In this document: positions 35,869 to 51,950 of the stretch, piece after piece | How the letters are laid out: each line of letters begins with the position of its first letter | Position numbering within the stretch: the stretch's first letter is position 1 | NCBI RefSeq assembly: GCF_009914755.1 | Contig: NC_060941.1 | Length of the DNA: 64,000 bases | Source: the human T2T-CHM13v2.0 reference genome, Homo sapiens | Direction: 5' to 3' (one strand) | Translations under genes and position numbers: made by a program | The notes under the pieces: model-generated | What the model was told of the DNA's origin: nothing | Databases searched by the model: none | The model's input: the letters and a program-made list of their open reading frames with translations, nothing else

Positions 35869-38203
35869 TGCACCGTGGACTCAGACCAGCTTCCAAGCAT
35901 TTGCCCATGAGGTGACCAACCCTTCCAGACAGCTCTCCTGCCCTCTCCACAGTCCATCACCCCCAACCCCACACAGAACAAAAGGAATCCAGAGGCCCAG
36001 GTGCAGCCTTCCCTGGCTCCACTTGGGGCCTGTTTCTCAATGTGTGAAACGGGGGGCACGCCTCCATCCACAGATCCAGCAGCTCCAGTCTTTGGGATGG
36101 AGATGGGGATGGGGAGGGAGGAGCAGTCTAGGGCAGAGGGGGTCTTCATATAGGAGCGATGGGCCCCACACCCCACCATTGGCCACTCCTGGTCTCATCC
36201 TAAAACGCACCCCCAGCAGGATCCTCTGGGCACTGAATTTGACAAAGCAACTTAGAAACTGCTGAGGAGTGGGTGATTTTCCCCTCCCCTCAGTTTACAG
36301 GGGGAAGAGGGGTGCAGAGAGAGGCAGGATTGCCTTGAGGCCCTGAAGAAGTGGTGGGATCCTCTGTGACCAAGGACCAACTGTGCAGCCTGGGCCCACT
36401 CTTCCTAGGGCAGCGCAGGATCCCCAAAGAGAATGGCAGACAGGGAAGTCCCCCAAGAGGACCCCAGATCAGAGCAGGGTCCTCATCCACACTAGAAGGA
36501 CTCTAAGGGTGGGGGCCCATGTCAGAAGGGTGGGTCTGGTCCAAAAGCCAGGCCCGCTGTGGGGCTACCCACATTGATGGGGCCAGGCTAGACCCCTAAT
36601 CCTCACCCACAGCTGAGAGGGTGATGTGATCATTGGCCCCATTCTACACGTGAAGAAACTGAGCTGTAGAGAGGTGACTTACTGGCCTAAGTTCTTATAG
36701 AGTCAGAGACTCAACTGAGTCCAGACCCTATTTTGACTCCAATGCCCCAACCACTGGCCACTACCCTAGACTACCTCAAAAGATTAGCTCACCTCATCTT
36801 GGAGACAAGAAAAGACACTGAGGCTCAGGGAGGACCACAAGCAGCCCAAGAGCATGCAGTGGGGTTCAAACCCAGGTCTACAAAATCCCAAATCTATTGT
36901 CTCTCTGCCTTTTCTTGCCCCACTAAGAAGCCAAGAGCCAGGCTGCCATCACCAACCCATTACTCAGTGGAACAGACCAAGGCTTAGGGCCAAGCCAGCT
37001 GCTGGCCACATGGCCAACCAGTGTGTCTCTGTGTAGAGTTCTGGGCTCAAGTCCAGGCTTTGCCTGCAGCCAAGTAGCCTCAAGACCCAGGCCTGGCCAC
37101 TCAGGGCTTTGATTTCATCTCTGTAAAAGCAAGTGCTGTCTGTCCTGACTCCTTCCTCCTCATACAGACTGGGACACACTCCCACCTCAGCCCCACCTGG
37201 CCAAGGGCCCTCTCCCCCAGCTGGTGACTAGCAGCCTATCTGGCTCAGCCCAGGGCCCTCTAACCCACTCGTGGTGGCACCCACTGGGTCAGAATGCTCT
37301 ACAGGACCCATGGGGGCCTCCAGTGCTCTCAGGATCCCCAGCCTGAGCTCCCAGCCCTGCCCACCACCAGCTTGAAGTGGAGCCTGGACCAACAGCCTCC
37401 TCTCACTGGCCCCAGTTTCCTCATCTGTACAACAGAAAAGACTAAACCCCTTTTGGTACGGCTGCCCGAGGCTTTGCTTGGCAGGCAGCTGGCACCGAGT
37501 GGAGACCCAACATTGCCTACTGACAGGTACCCAGGCAGGGAAGCTACTGCAGGAGGGGAATTTCCTAGAGCAGTTGGCAGAACAGGATGGGGTGGCAGCC
37601 CCAGTCTTCCTGGCTTCTCAAGTAGAAACTCTCCTGGTTTGTGGACCCCCCAGGTCACAAGTCATCAAGTCATAATGGACTTTCAACTGCAGGGTTTCCC
37701 ATCCCTTTACCCCAGTCCGTGTGAGCCTCTTCGATAGATGGGGGAAACTGAGGCCTGAAAGAAAAACTGACAATTTTGACAATCTAGGGCTCCCACTGTC
37801 TTCCTGAAAAGTCTAAGATGCCCACAATAGGCAGGGGTGCCGAATAGGGCAGACGCTGTGGCAGAGGGACAACGGGCCCTCCTCCCTGCTTCCTCCTGGT
37901 CCTGTCCCAAAGCGGGTGCAGAGAATGTAGAGAAGACCACCCTCTCCCTCCAAACCCTCTTAGGTCGGGATGCTGCTTTTGGGTCTCTAAGCAAACCCTT
38001 CCCCCTTGAGTTGCAGGGGACACTAATTTGGTTGGAGGTAGCCCTCCACTTCCCCAGCGAGCTGGTAACTGTCACACCTTCTCCCTCGGGAAGGGGCTCT
38101 TTCCTGCTCAAGTTGCGTAGCCCGCATGCCCGCCCACCCCAGGAGAACCTGCAGGAGACGGAGGCATTGTATAAAGGGCTGGTGGGGAGGCCTCCAAAAA
38201 TAC

Positions 38204-38222
38204 CTTCGAAAGTGCAATCCAT
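38204..38222 (-). CDS. SREBF1: SREBF1 exon 1c coding part (MDCTFE)
   Basis: gccATGGATTGCACTTTCGAAG|gtattt; the known SREBP-1c N-terminus. Confidence 0.97.
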
Positions 38223-38293
38223 GGCTCCGCGATCTGCGCCCGCCCTTGGGGCGTCCAGGCCGTTGGCCCTACCCCTCCCCGCGCCGACTTCAC
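38204..38293 (-). CDS. SREBF1: SREBF1 exon 1c used as an internal 90-nt exon (1a+1c isoform, +30 aa, 1177 aa)
   Basis: Acceptor ttgacag|GTGAAG at 38294/38293; in-frame GEVGAGRGRANGLDAPRAGADRGAMDCTFE. Confidence 0.85.
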
Positions 38294-38299
38294 CTGTCA

Positions 38300-38680
38300 A
38301 GGCGCGGCGGATTTTTGAAGCCGTTGAGCGCTGCGGCGCGCCCGCCCCGCCCCGCCCCGCCCCCAGCCCCGCCCCAGCCCCGCCCCGCCTGCAGGTCCCG
38401 CCCCGCCCCGCCCTTCGGGGCTGCGGGCCGGGCATGGGGTGAGCGCGCGCGGCCAATCAGCGGCCGCGCTGCCGCCTCGCTAGGGCCCGGCCCCGGCCCC
38501 CGCCCCACCTCCCCACGGCGGCGGGGGCTCGAGTTTCACCCCGCGGCGCTGAATGGGGTTGGGGTTACTAGCGGACGTCCGCCTTTAACCCGCTCGGTGC
38601 CAGCGTCTGCCGGGGTTACTGGCGGTCACTGGCCCTCAGCTCCCGCCCCCTTCGTTAAAGGGTCAAAGCAGAGAAGTCCT
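38300..38680 (-). promoter_or_regulatory. SREBF1: SREBP-1c promoter: GC boxes 38341-38412, SRE 38434-38443, NF-Y CCAAT 38453-38457, LXREs (DR4) 38562-38577 and 38613-38628
   Basis: CTCACCCCAT (minus strand), ggccaatcag, GGGTTActagCGGACG and GGGTTActggCGGTCA; the established 1c promoter architecture. Confidence 0.92.
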
Positions 38681-40273
38681 GGCCCAACACACCAGAACTC
38701 TGTGTTCGAAATCACTGGTTCGCTGGCACCCTGAGCGAGCCTTAACCGCTCCAACCCTCCGTTTACTCCTCCAGAAAACAGGACAGTCATTATCTCCCTG
38801 GCGTCGAATGGTAGAAGGGAGATAATATGGGTGCAGCACTTAGTACGCAAGAAGCGTTTAATTAAGGCCAAGGGCTGCCGAGTGGCAGCTGCGGTGGGTG
38901 CAGGGACCTCCCCCTTCTAGGGCAGCCCCAGGAAGGGGCCACCCCTCACCACAGCGGGGCTGATGGTCTGGGATGAGGCCACTCCTGAAAACAGGTCACT
39001 TCCGGGAAACTGAGGCCTGGAAATAAGGGTTTCCTGACTGCCAGCACCGATGTCCCTCTGCCAGATGGGTGAAGTCTGCCCCTCCCCCTCAAGGCCTCAC
39101 AACCCAGCAGTCACCAAGTGAGTCCCGACCCACTATTCATTGTAGGGCCCTGGGAAGCCAGGAAGGGCTGCAGTCCCTAGGACAGAAGATGGGTAAGGAA
39201 GGGGTGACAGGCTCTAGGGTTCTTTTGAGGAGGTGCCTGGGCCTGTCTTCCCTCTTTTGTCAAAGGTAAAAGTTACACACACACACACACACAAAGTGAT
39301 CAGAGCCTGGCCAGTTGATTTTGCAGCCAAGTAGACCACCAGCAAAGCCTGCCTCTGCCCCAAACTGCAGGCCAGCGCCTCTGCCTGGTCCACACCCCAG
39401 TTGGCTGCAACCTGGGAGGGTGCCTGAACCCTGGGCAGACCCAGCGACTCAGCAGTCCATTGGGGGCTGGGGTCCCTGCGGCCTCAACCTTGCTCTCTAT
39501 TCAGGACCCTAAGCAAGAAAACCCAGCCATGTCTCTCTCGCAACCTGTCCTCGCCACCGCCGTCCAGCCCAGGCCCTTATTTCCCAGCTTTGGGAGGTTC
39601 AAGGACAACAGACGGCCTCTCTAGCATGGCCCAACCCTCCCCTCAGCCCGCGGGTGTTCCCTCACCCCCAAAACAAAACACAGCATTGCTCTTGGCAAAG
39701 GCTCTGACATGAGTGACTTAAGACAGGGAAGCGTCCTTGACCCAAAAGCACACTGAGAGCTGAACTCCAGGCATGAGTTCCCCATGGCCTCCCAGCCTGG
39801 TTCTTTCATTACTTTGCTCCCCAGTTTCTGAGCCTAGAATGTGGTGAGACCAACAAGCAGATACTAGCCTGAGACAGCAGGGCCAGGGCCACTGTGAACA
39901 GTCAAGCCTGTCCCCTCCCCTTACCCATCTTGGCTTTACCACATATTCCTGCCTCTTATTGTGTCTTTATTTGTCTCATCTTCCTGCTCTAACCCCCTCC
40001 CATCCCACTGAGGAAGCGCGATGGGAGAGGGCGGTTGCTCTCTGAGCCCCAGGGGCAGCAGAGTCATTAAAGACTCTGATGGGGGTGGGGCGGGGGGGGC
40101 CTTCCAAGAGGAGGGGGTGTGACCTGGGAACAGAGGGCTGGCCCTTGGGCAGAGGGCACAGACTAAGCTAAGATGCCCCGAGGAAGGGGGAAGGGCCTGG
40201 GTGCCACTGGCCATGGCCAGCCTCTGAAACTCAAGGCCTGGCCAAACCCTGGCTCACTCTCCCCTGGGGCTGA

Positions 40274-40623
<350 letters not shown>

Positions 40624-40997
40624 TAAGACTGAAAAAGGAAACTCTAGAGCCAGCCCTGCAGCCTCCCTCAGAGACACACCCAAGTGGGCTATCTGGGGCT
40701 GCATGCCAGGCCCTGCTCTTCCTTTAGCCCCTCCCTTGCTGTGTGATGGGGACAGTCCACTCCCCACCCTCTGAGCTCCCACACCTACGATCTCCAGAGG
40801 TGGGAATTCTGGGAAAGCAAGTGTGTAAAACATCCATCACTCAACAGTCTCAACAAAGGTTAGTTCTCTCTACAGCAATTAGAATGGTTTAGAACTGGAA
40901 AGTCAGGTAGTGAGTTGCCTGATACTTGCAGTATTCACGTTGGAGCTCCATTACCATTCGACTGAGTCTTTTTTTTTTTTTTTTTAAGGGGAGTTAA

Positions 40998-41085
40998 CGG
41001 GGCCAGTCTAGAGTAAGGCAGCTGAGGCACCTTGGGTGCACAATTTAAGGAAGAGCCTCTCTTGCCTCCCCTAGTCCCTGTCCTG
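40998..41085. mobile_element. Possible MER91-like hAT DNA transposon remnant
   Basis: gggccagtctagagtaaggcagctgaggca...cacaatttaagg...cttgcctcccctagtccctgtcctg has imperfect terminal inverted repeats; family call from memory. Confidence 0.4.
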
Positions 41086-43320
41086 GAAGCTGGGAGAGCT
41101 GGTCTCTAGGGGCTCACTGTGGCACCCAAATTGCGGCCCACCCATGGGTGAACCGGGCTTCCCTATGAACACTGAGAAGGCCCTTGTGGTTCCCACACAC
41201 ACTCTGAACACAGGAAGGAAGAGGAGGCATAGACTCTGGGCCATGGTGGCCCCAACTGCTCCCTAGTTCACCTTCCCCAGGCTTGTGAAGCCCTGCCACC
41301 CCTCCCCAAGCCTGGGTTCCTCCTCTTCCCTCTTCTTCTTCCTCTCCTGCCCTGATTCTATCAGGACCCAACAGGAAACCTGAACCCCCACCTGGCATCC
41401 CTCCCCAGTTCTACCTTCAAACCTCTCTCTGAAGGCAGATGCAGGCGCCCTTTAATGACTCTGGCCGATGTATTCTGTGAGGCCATGAGGGAAATCCTGG
41501 GCAGGCCTCATGGCATGCGCTTGTAGGGCCCAACGCTGACCAGCACAGAAGCCTACAACCCAAACAAGGCCTTGAACCCCAAACAACCTCCTGGAAGAGG
41601 GAGCTCTTCACCTGCCCCCACAGCCTTGTCCACAGAACCCAGATCCATCTCTGACAATATCTACTGTGTGCCAATCCTGTGCCAGGCACTGGGGCCATTA
41701 TAGATGAGGTGGTCAGGGCAGCCCATCTTAGGAGGTGACATCTGAAAGGAGGACTGAATGATATGAGGGAGTGGGCCGGAAGGGAGGGCAGAAGAAACAG
41801 TGTGTGCAAAGGCCCTGCAGTGGGCGTGGGCAGGATAGGAGGAGCGGAGGCAGTGAGGGGGTGGAGGCCAGGACGGCCACCAAGGAGCTGGGATTCCAAC
41901 TCAGGTTGGTCTGTCATCTGAGCCAAGGACCCCAATTCTCCAGGGAATGGGTGGGAAAGGGATTTGCCAATTGATCCCTGCACTACAGACCACAAAGCTG
42001 CACCAACTGTGAAGAAGGGTCAGCCACAGGGGAGGATGTGGCACAGGTGCTCATGGGATTCCAGAGCACACCCTCTCGGCCTGCTAATGGAGGCAGCAGG
42101 GTGAGGATGGGTGCCCACCATCCCTCCAGGGAGCTGGGCTGCACCCCACCTGCTGTTCTGCTCCCACCAGGCACTTCCTTGATCCTCCTAACTGGAGTCG
42201 GCGGTCCTCGTGTTCTCAGCTGGTCGTGTATCCAGCAGTGGCACAGGCTGCCCTTTGTGCACTCATGGCTGCCCCGGGGGCACAAGTGTGTGCCAGCTCT
42301 TCCCGGAATGGGACGCACCCATGGCTGGAGCCCCAGGTGCACCTGGGCGCAGGTCCTCTTGAGGAAACTAAGGCTCAGACGGAGGCCTCGTGCCCAAAGT
42401 CCCACAGCTGCCATATGAAGAATCTGGTACACAAACCCCATTCTGCGGCCCCAGAGCCTGCCCTTCAGCCCCAGCCTGTGGGGGACAGCAGTGAGCCCCA
42501 ACTCCGGCCTGCCTCTGCCCTGACCAGCTATCCTCATTTGTCGCAGTTCAGTGAGTGTGTGCAGAGTGCAAAGACAGAGAGGACAACACGAAGCTCTTTA
42601 AGGCTCAGCTCCGGCACTGCCTCCTCCTGGAGGCTTCCTAACCACCACCCCCCCAGACCTATCCACCTGCCCTGCCAAATTAGAGGCTGGGCCTCAGCTG
42701 GGGGCCCCTCCTGTCAGGGCCTGAACCAGCTATGACCCCAGCCTCACCCAGCACAGGGCTGACCACAGCAGGGACCCCAGTCAGAGGCCGTGCAGACTCC
42801 AGCCATGGCTTCCTCCACCCTCGTCTGCCTCCACCCCCATCCCCTAACTGGTGTCTCCCTGGGCCTCCCTTTCCCTGCCTGCTTTCTGAACACCACAAGC
42901 TATTGAAGGCCAGGCTGTTCCCTCCACCAGGAATGCCCTTTCCACCTGGTGAATTCCTATTCCTCCATCAAAACTTGCTCTGATGCCACCTCCCATTCTT
43001 CCCTTGTCTGTGCCCCTCCACATGCCAGCTCCCAACATACTGACCGTCTGACCCTATAAACCTCAGAGCCACGTTTCCTCCTCCCCACTAGGCTCTTCCC
43101 GGAGCTACAGGTGTGCGGAATTACCCTCAGCAGCACCTGCGAGATGGCAATTACATGTGATGCTGGTCGGCACCAATTCAGACACCTTGTCCGAGAGGTG
43201 GCCCAGGGCACATACTTATCACTGGCAGCTGAAAACAACCCACGGGCCTGATGCAGTGGCAATTCTGGGAGTAGCCCCTGCTGCTGGGCACCTGTTTTCA
43301 GTCAAAATGGCAGTGCTAAG

Positions 43321-43976
<656 letters not shown>

Positions 43977-44326
43977 TTCTCCCTCTTGAGTTGTTTCTCT
44001 GCAGCTTGTTTTAAAGCTCATATGAAGGCAGCAAGATGTTTTCGAGCTGCCAGGCTCCAGTCTGGAAAAGATAAAGCCCTTTACAACCTTCCCTACAACG
44101 TATTCCCTTTCCTTCTAGCATCACCGGCACTGGGTGATGGTCATTGTCTTTTATGTACTTTTGGTGGCTTTGCTTAGTCCCAAGGCTGTGACCAGAACTT
44201 TGAAGGTGCTTTCACTCACATTTCCAAGGCTGCCTTGATGTGTTTTGCACAGAAACCGCCATCTGTGGCCAGATGGCCACTCTGCCCGTCCTCCCCCAGC
44301 CAGAAACACTGCTTCCTCAGCAGGTT

Positions 44327-45075
<749 letters not shown>

Positions 45076-46779
45076 TAAGCCTTCACTCATCGGATCCCCA
45101 CAATTCCAAGAAGCTGCTTTTAGTACTGCTCCCTTTACATTGTTAAGAACCTGAAGGTTCTTGGACTTGTCCAAGGTCATACAGTAGGGCTGCTTGTTAA
45201 GACCCCTGATCCCAGCCTTCTAGCTGCAGGGAGCACAGGGACCCCAGAGCCTGGCAGGGGCAGCATGCAGAGGCAAGGCCTGCTGGGAGACAGGTGCAGG
45301 GACGGGGAGTCAGTTAGGAAAGGAGCTCAAACAGGGTTCGGGGTAGGCCACAAATTCCCCCTAGGGGGATGGACCCCCAGCCCCGTCCCACCTCCCACAA
45401 GCCCCAACCCAGCAGGGGACCCACACCTGGAGCCAGTCTCAATGGCTCCCTGACCTCTCACCCCTGAGCCAGTTAAGGCTTTCCCCACCTCACCCCCGAC
45501 ACACACAGCCGCCCCTGTGGAGCACATGGTGCAGGCTGTCACACACTGTCAGTGCCCAGGGTCAAAAGGCATGTCCACATGGCCCGTGGCTGCTAGGAGA
45601 CAAGGTCAGAGGCACTTCCTCTGGCCGGCCTGGGCTCCACCTGTCAGCAGGCAAAGTCCAGATCCCAGGCCTCTGCTGGCAGTGACTCCTGCCTGGAGCT
45701 GACCGGGTCACTCAGGATGTTTGTGTCCAGCTAGGTGAATGTTGGGCAGAAGGTAACTCCCAACCCGGCTGAGACAAGGGAACTTTATCTTGGAGCACTA
45801 GGGAGCCATGAATGGTTGGAGACCAGGGGAGTTCTGTGCTGTAAGCTAGGGCAGTAACTAGTCTAGAGCTGTGTTTTCTAAGGAGTGCCAGTGCTTGGTG
45901 GAACTAGGGAGAGAACTGGGGCATGAGATATCCTGGGGAGAGGTATGGGGTGGCAGAGCGGGCCCCCATTGTGCCCTACCAGGGCTGGCCTGGACCCAGC
46001 AAACAGCCAGACACATGACTAGAAGCAAGGCCCTGTTGTGGCTGGGCTGGGCATGCTGGGAGGGACATCAGGGCGGGAGAACTCTGAGAACGCACTGCTC
46101 GGGGCAAGGTGACACCCAGAAGGGCTTTCTGGGAAGCAGCCTCTGACGGGGCTTGGCAGACATCTGGGGTCCGACAGACAAAGAGCAGACATGACGGGGT
46201 CCAGGCATAGGAAAGAGACCCCGAGGCCCTGTTCCAGGCTCTTGGCCAGAACTCTGTTTCCGTCTGCCTCTTCTGCACTCATAAGCTTGTGCAAAATTGG
46301 ATAAATTAATCCTCAGCAGGGAGGTGAAGACTGCCACGGGCTTAACAATAATCCCCAACACAGGTACAGGGCCATCTCCTGATCCATCCTCCCCCGACAG
46401 CTGCAAGGTACTCTGAGGCCCAGAAGGAGACAGGCTCACCTGAGGTCTTGGTGCAGATGCAGGACTCAAACCCAGGGACACTATAGCCAGGGCAGTGCCT
46501 TCACCCACAGATGCAAGGACTCATGGAGGCAGCTCCATCCCCAAATCCATTCACATGACAAGAGTTTGGCTGTGGCAGGCAGCAGGACCGGATGGGGCCC
46601 AAGGCCCTTGGCTGGCTCACCAGGGCTGGTTCCCAGTCTAATGACTCAAACACTGCTCTGGACTGGGATGGGGAGGTAGCCACATAGCCTCTGACCCCTC
46701 TGTGACCCACTTCCAGGCCCCCAGAGTAGCCCCTGTGGAGGAGCCTCCCTCAACCCCTCATCCCCATTCTTAGGAGCCC

Positions 46780-47000
46780 AGTGCTTAAGAGCTTAAGAGC
46801 TAGGCTCTGGAGCCCACAGCCTGGGTTTGAATTCTGGCTTTGCCATCATCTGGCTGTGTGATCTCAGGCAAATCACTTAACCTCTCTGGTCCTCAAGGCC
46901 GTCATCTTCATCATATGTCTACCTACTTGGGGTTGTCAGGGGATTAAGTGGGATTATCAACACACTGTCTGAAACACAGTAAGTACTCAATTAGTGTTTT
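46780..47000. mobile_element. MIR element (one of many degenerate MIR/L2 fragments in the window)
   Basis: ctgggtttgaattctggct...ctgtgtgatctcaggcaaatcacttaacctctctg...acagtaagtactcaa. Confidence 0.75.
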
Positions 47001-47321
47001 CTGTTCACATTACGATCCTCCATCCAAGCAGCCAGAGGGAACTGAAGCTCGGTGTGCCCCTGCTCTGACCCCCGACTGTCCTCACATCTAGCCCAGCTCT
47101 GCACTCTGGCACTCAAGGCCAGCCTGGCCCCCTCTTATCCCTCATGTCTCTCAAGGGACCTGGCATTTCCACCCCCAAATCTTCAGACCTTATCAAACCT
47201 GCTCAGCTCCACTCCTGGTAGAAGAAGCTTCAAAAGCAGGCTCGACCTCTGACCAGCAATTCCCCTCCCAGAACCTCATCCTAGGAACACAGTGAGGATC
47301 CGGGCAAAGACTGGCCTCAGT

Positions 47322-47668
<347 letters not shown>

Positions 47669-47825
47669 TTATAAAGATAAAACAACCTAGGTGTCCATCG
47701 ACAGGGAATCAGGTGGGTAATAAGAGGAAACCTTACTGTCGTCTGGCTGTTGACATGGAACCAAGCAGATTCCAATCAGCTGTGAACCAATGGACCCTAT
47801 TTTAATTTATAAAAATACAGATCCA

Positions 47826-48375
<550 letters not shown>

Positions 48376-48383
48376 TTGATGAA

Positions 48384-48665
48384 GGCCGGGCATGGTGGTT
48401 CATGCCCTGTAATCCCAGCACTTTTGAGAGGCTGAGGTGGGCAGATCACCTGAGCTCAGGAGTTCGAGACCAGCCTGGCCAACATGGCCATCTCTACTAA
48501 AAATACAAAATTTAACCAGGCGTGGCGGTGCATGACTGTAATCCCAGCTACTTGGGAGCTGGAGAATCTCTTGAACCTGAGAGGCAGAGTTTGCAGTGAG
48601 CTGAGATCATGCCACTGGACTACAGCATGGGCAAAAGAGCGAGACCCTGTCTCAAAAAAAAAAAA
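48384..48665 (+). mobile_element. AluS element
   Basis: Alu dimer with small deletions. Confidence 0.9.
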
Positions 48666-48786
48666 GTTTATGAAGAGTGTGCACCCATCCCCAAACACAT
48701 ATAAACACACAGAGAGAGAGAGAGAGAGAGAAGAAAAGCTCTTTCACATAATTAGCAGGGCTTATCTCTGGGTGGTAGGTTTAAAG

Positions 48787-49070
48787 TTTTTTTTGAAACA
48801 GAATCTCACTCTGTCATCCAGGCTGAGTGCAACGGCATGGTTATAGCTCACTGCAGCCTCTAAGTCCAGGCTCAAGCAATCCTCCCACTTCAGCCTCCAG
48901 AGTAGCTGAGACTACAGGCACATGTCACCCACACCCAGCTAATTTTTTATTTTTGTAGAGACAGGATTTTGTCATGTTGCCCAGGCTGGTCTCAAACTCC
49001 TGGACACAAGTCATCCTCTTGCTTCGACCTCCCAAGTGCTGGGATTATAGGTGTGAGCCACCACCCCAGG
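48787..49070 (-). mobile_element. AluJ element
   Basis: Diverged Alu dimer on the minus strand. Confidence 0.88.
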
Positions 49071-49415
49071 TCTAAAGATTTTATTTTCTTCTTTTTGCTC
49101 ACTTGCATTTTCTAAGTTTTCTACAATGAAAAAAGATGTGTGTAATTGGGAAGAAAAACAGGAAGTTTGAATAAAAACTGAAAAATCCTCTACTGAAGTG
49201 GGTAAAGCTGAGCCCTGCCTAGTGAGAAGGGGCTGCCCCCAGTCTTCAAGGGGCTGGGACTGCCCCCACTCTCTCATAGACTAGACCTTGGGCCACATGG
49301 CTGCCCATGCCTGGCCTTTGGTTCTGGAGAGACAATGTTTTTATCCATGAGTCAGTAAGAAAGGTCTGTATCAGACCTCTGGCCCAGACCAGATTCTGTC
49401 AGTAAGAAAGGTCTG

Positions 49416-49685
49416 GGCTGGGAGCGGTGGCTCACACCTGTAATCCCAGCACTTTGGGAGGCTGAGGCGGGCGGATCACAAGGTCAGGAGATCGAGACCA
49501 TCCTGGCTAGCACAGTGAAACCCCGTCTCTACTAAAAATACAAAAAATTAGCCAGGCGTGGTGGCTGGCGCCTGTAGTCCCAGCTACTTGGGAGACTAAG
49601 GCAGGAGAATGGCGTGAACCCAGGAGGAGGAGCTTGCAGTGAGCCAAAATTGCGCCACTGCAGAAAACAAACAAACAAACAAACA
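49416..49685 (+). mobile_element. AluY-like element lacking its last ~35 nt; TSD aaaggtctg
   Basis: Body jumps from gccactgca to an (AAAC)n tail. Confidence 0.9.
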
Positions 49686-50849
49686 AAGGTCTGTATCAGA
49701 CCTGTGGCCCAGAACGGGTTCTGTTGTCCAACTTGCCCATGAAGGGAGGGTTTGCATCATTTTTCTGGAGGTGGAAACTAAGGTTTAGAGGGTGAGAGGG
49801 CTTGAGCAGGATGACAAAGGAAGTGAGGAGTGTCCAGGTTCAAGTTCTGACCCCAAAGCGCATGTCCTCCTGGCTTGGTCACGTTGCCTCTTGGGACTAC
49901 ACTCACTGGGCCCAGTGATGTGGAACTGGTAGTTGAGTCAGGCCCAGATCTCCCTAGGGCTTGGGATTTCAGGGTTCATCACTCCAGAGGGCAGTGAAGG
50001 ACAACCCCTCGTGCCAGGGATAGGGGAGGCTGTTTTGGAAAAGCCTCACAATCAGGGCCTCTCCTCTGGGGTCCTCCCCTAGCCCAGCCCCAGGGGGAAG
50101 GAGGGAGGGCTGGGAAGCTTCTGGGGCTGGCAACCAGCTGGGCTCATCTGCAAGGCTGCAGTAGGGCAGGAGTGGTGGTGGCATAGATATATCTGTTTTG
50201 CCAACCCCAGGGTGGCCACGGGTTCCATGGACATGTCCATTCAGGCTGTGAGTCTAGGCATCTTGTTCCTGCGACCTTGGCCTCAGTTTCCTCATCAACC
50301 AAGTGCAACTTAGCTAGTGCTGCTAAAACTCCTGCACAGAAACCATGCAGGCAATTTGCTAGGGGCTTCCGTTTGCTCTATCTACAAAATGGAAGCAACG
50401 GGCCTCCTAATTGGCACTTGGTGCCACCATTGGCCCCAAACCCCTTCTCATCACAGCCAGGGTGATGCTCCAAAGATGGAAGCCGGTGCCACTGTTCTGC
50501 TCCGCCCTTTCCCTGGCCGACCAAGTCGGTTCGCGTCCTCCTCCTCCCTGACCTCACTCCTTTGCAAGCCTCTAACTCCTCACACTTAGGCCCTGCCTCG
50601 AGGCCTTTGCCCTTCCCTTGCCGTGGCCTGGAAAACATCTTTCCTTGCTGGTCCTGGGGGTGACCCTCAGGTCTCAGCTTAGAAGTCCCTGACCGCTCTA
50701 CCCAAAGTAGCCACATCCCTGCCCTCCCCCAGCCTCGCTCCACCCAAGGTACAACTAAATACCCGTTTGGTTTCCCGGGAGATTTTTGTGTTCCCTAAAA
50801 GAGGGGGTACCCAGGTCTGTCTGTAAACCCTCGGTGCCTAAGACGGGGC

Positions 50850-51950
<1,101 letters not shown>

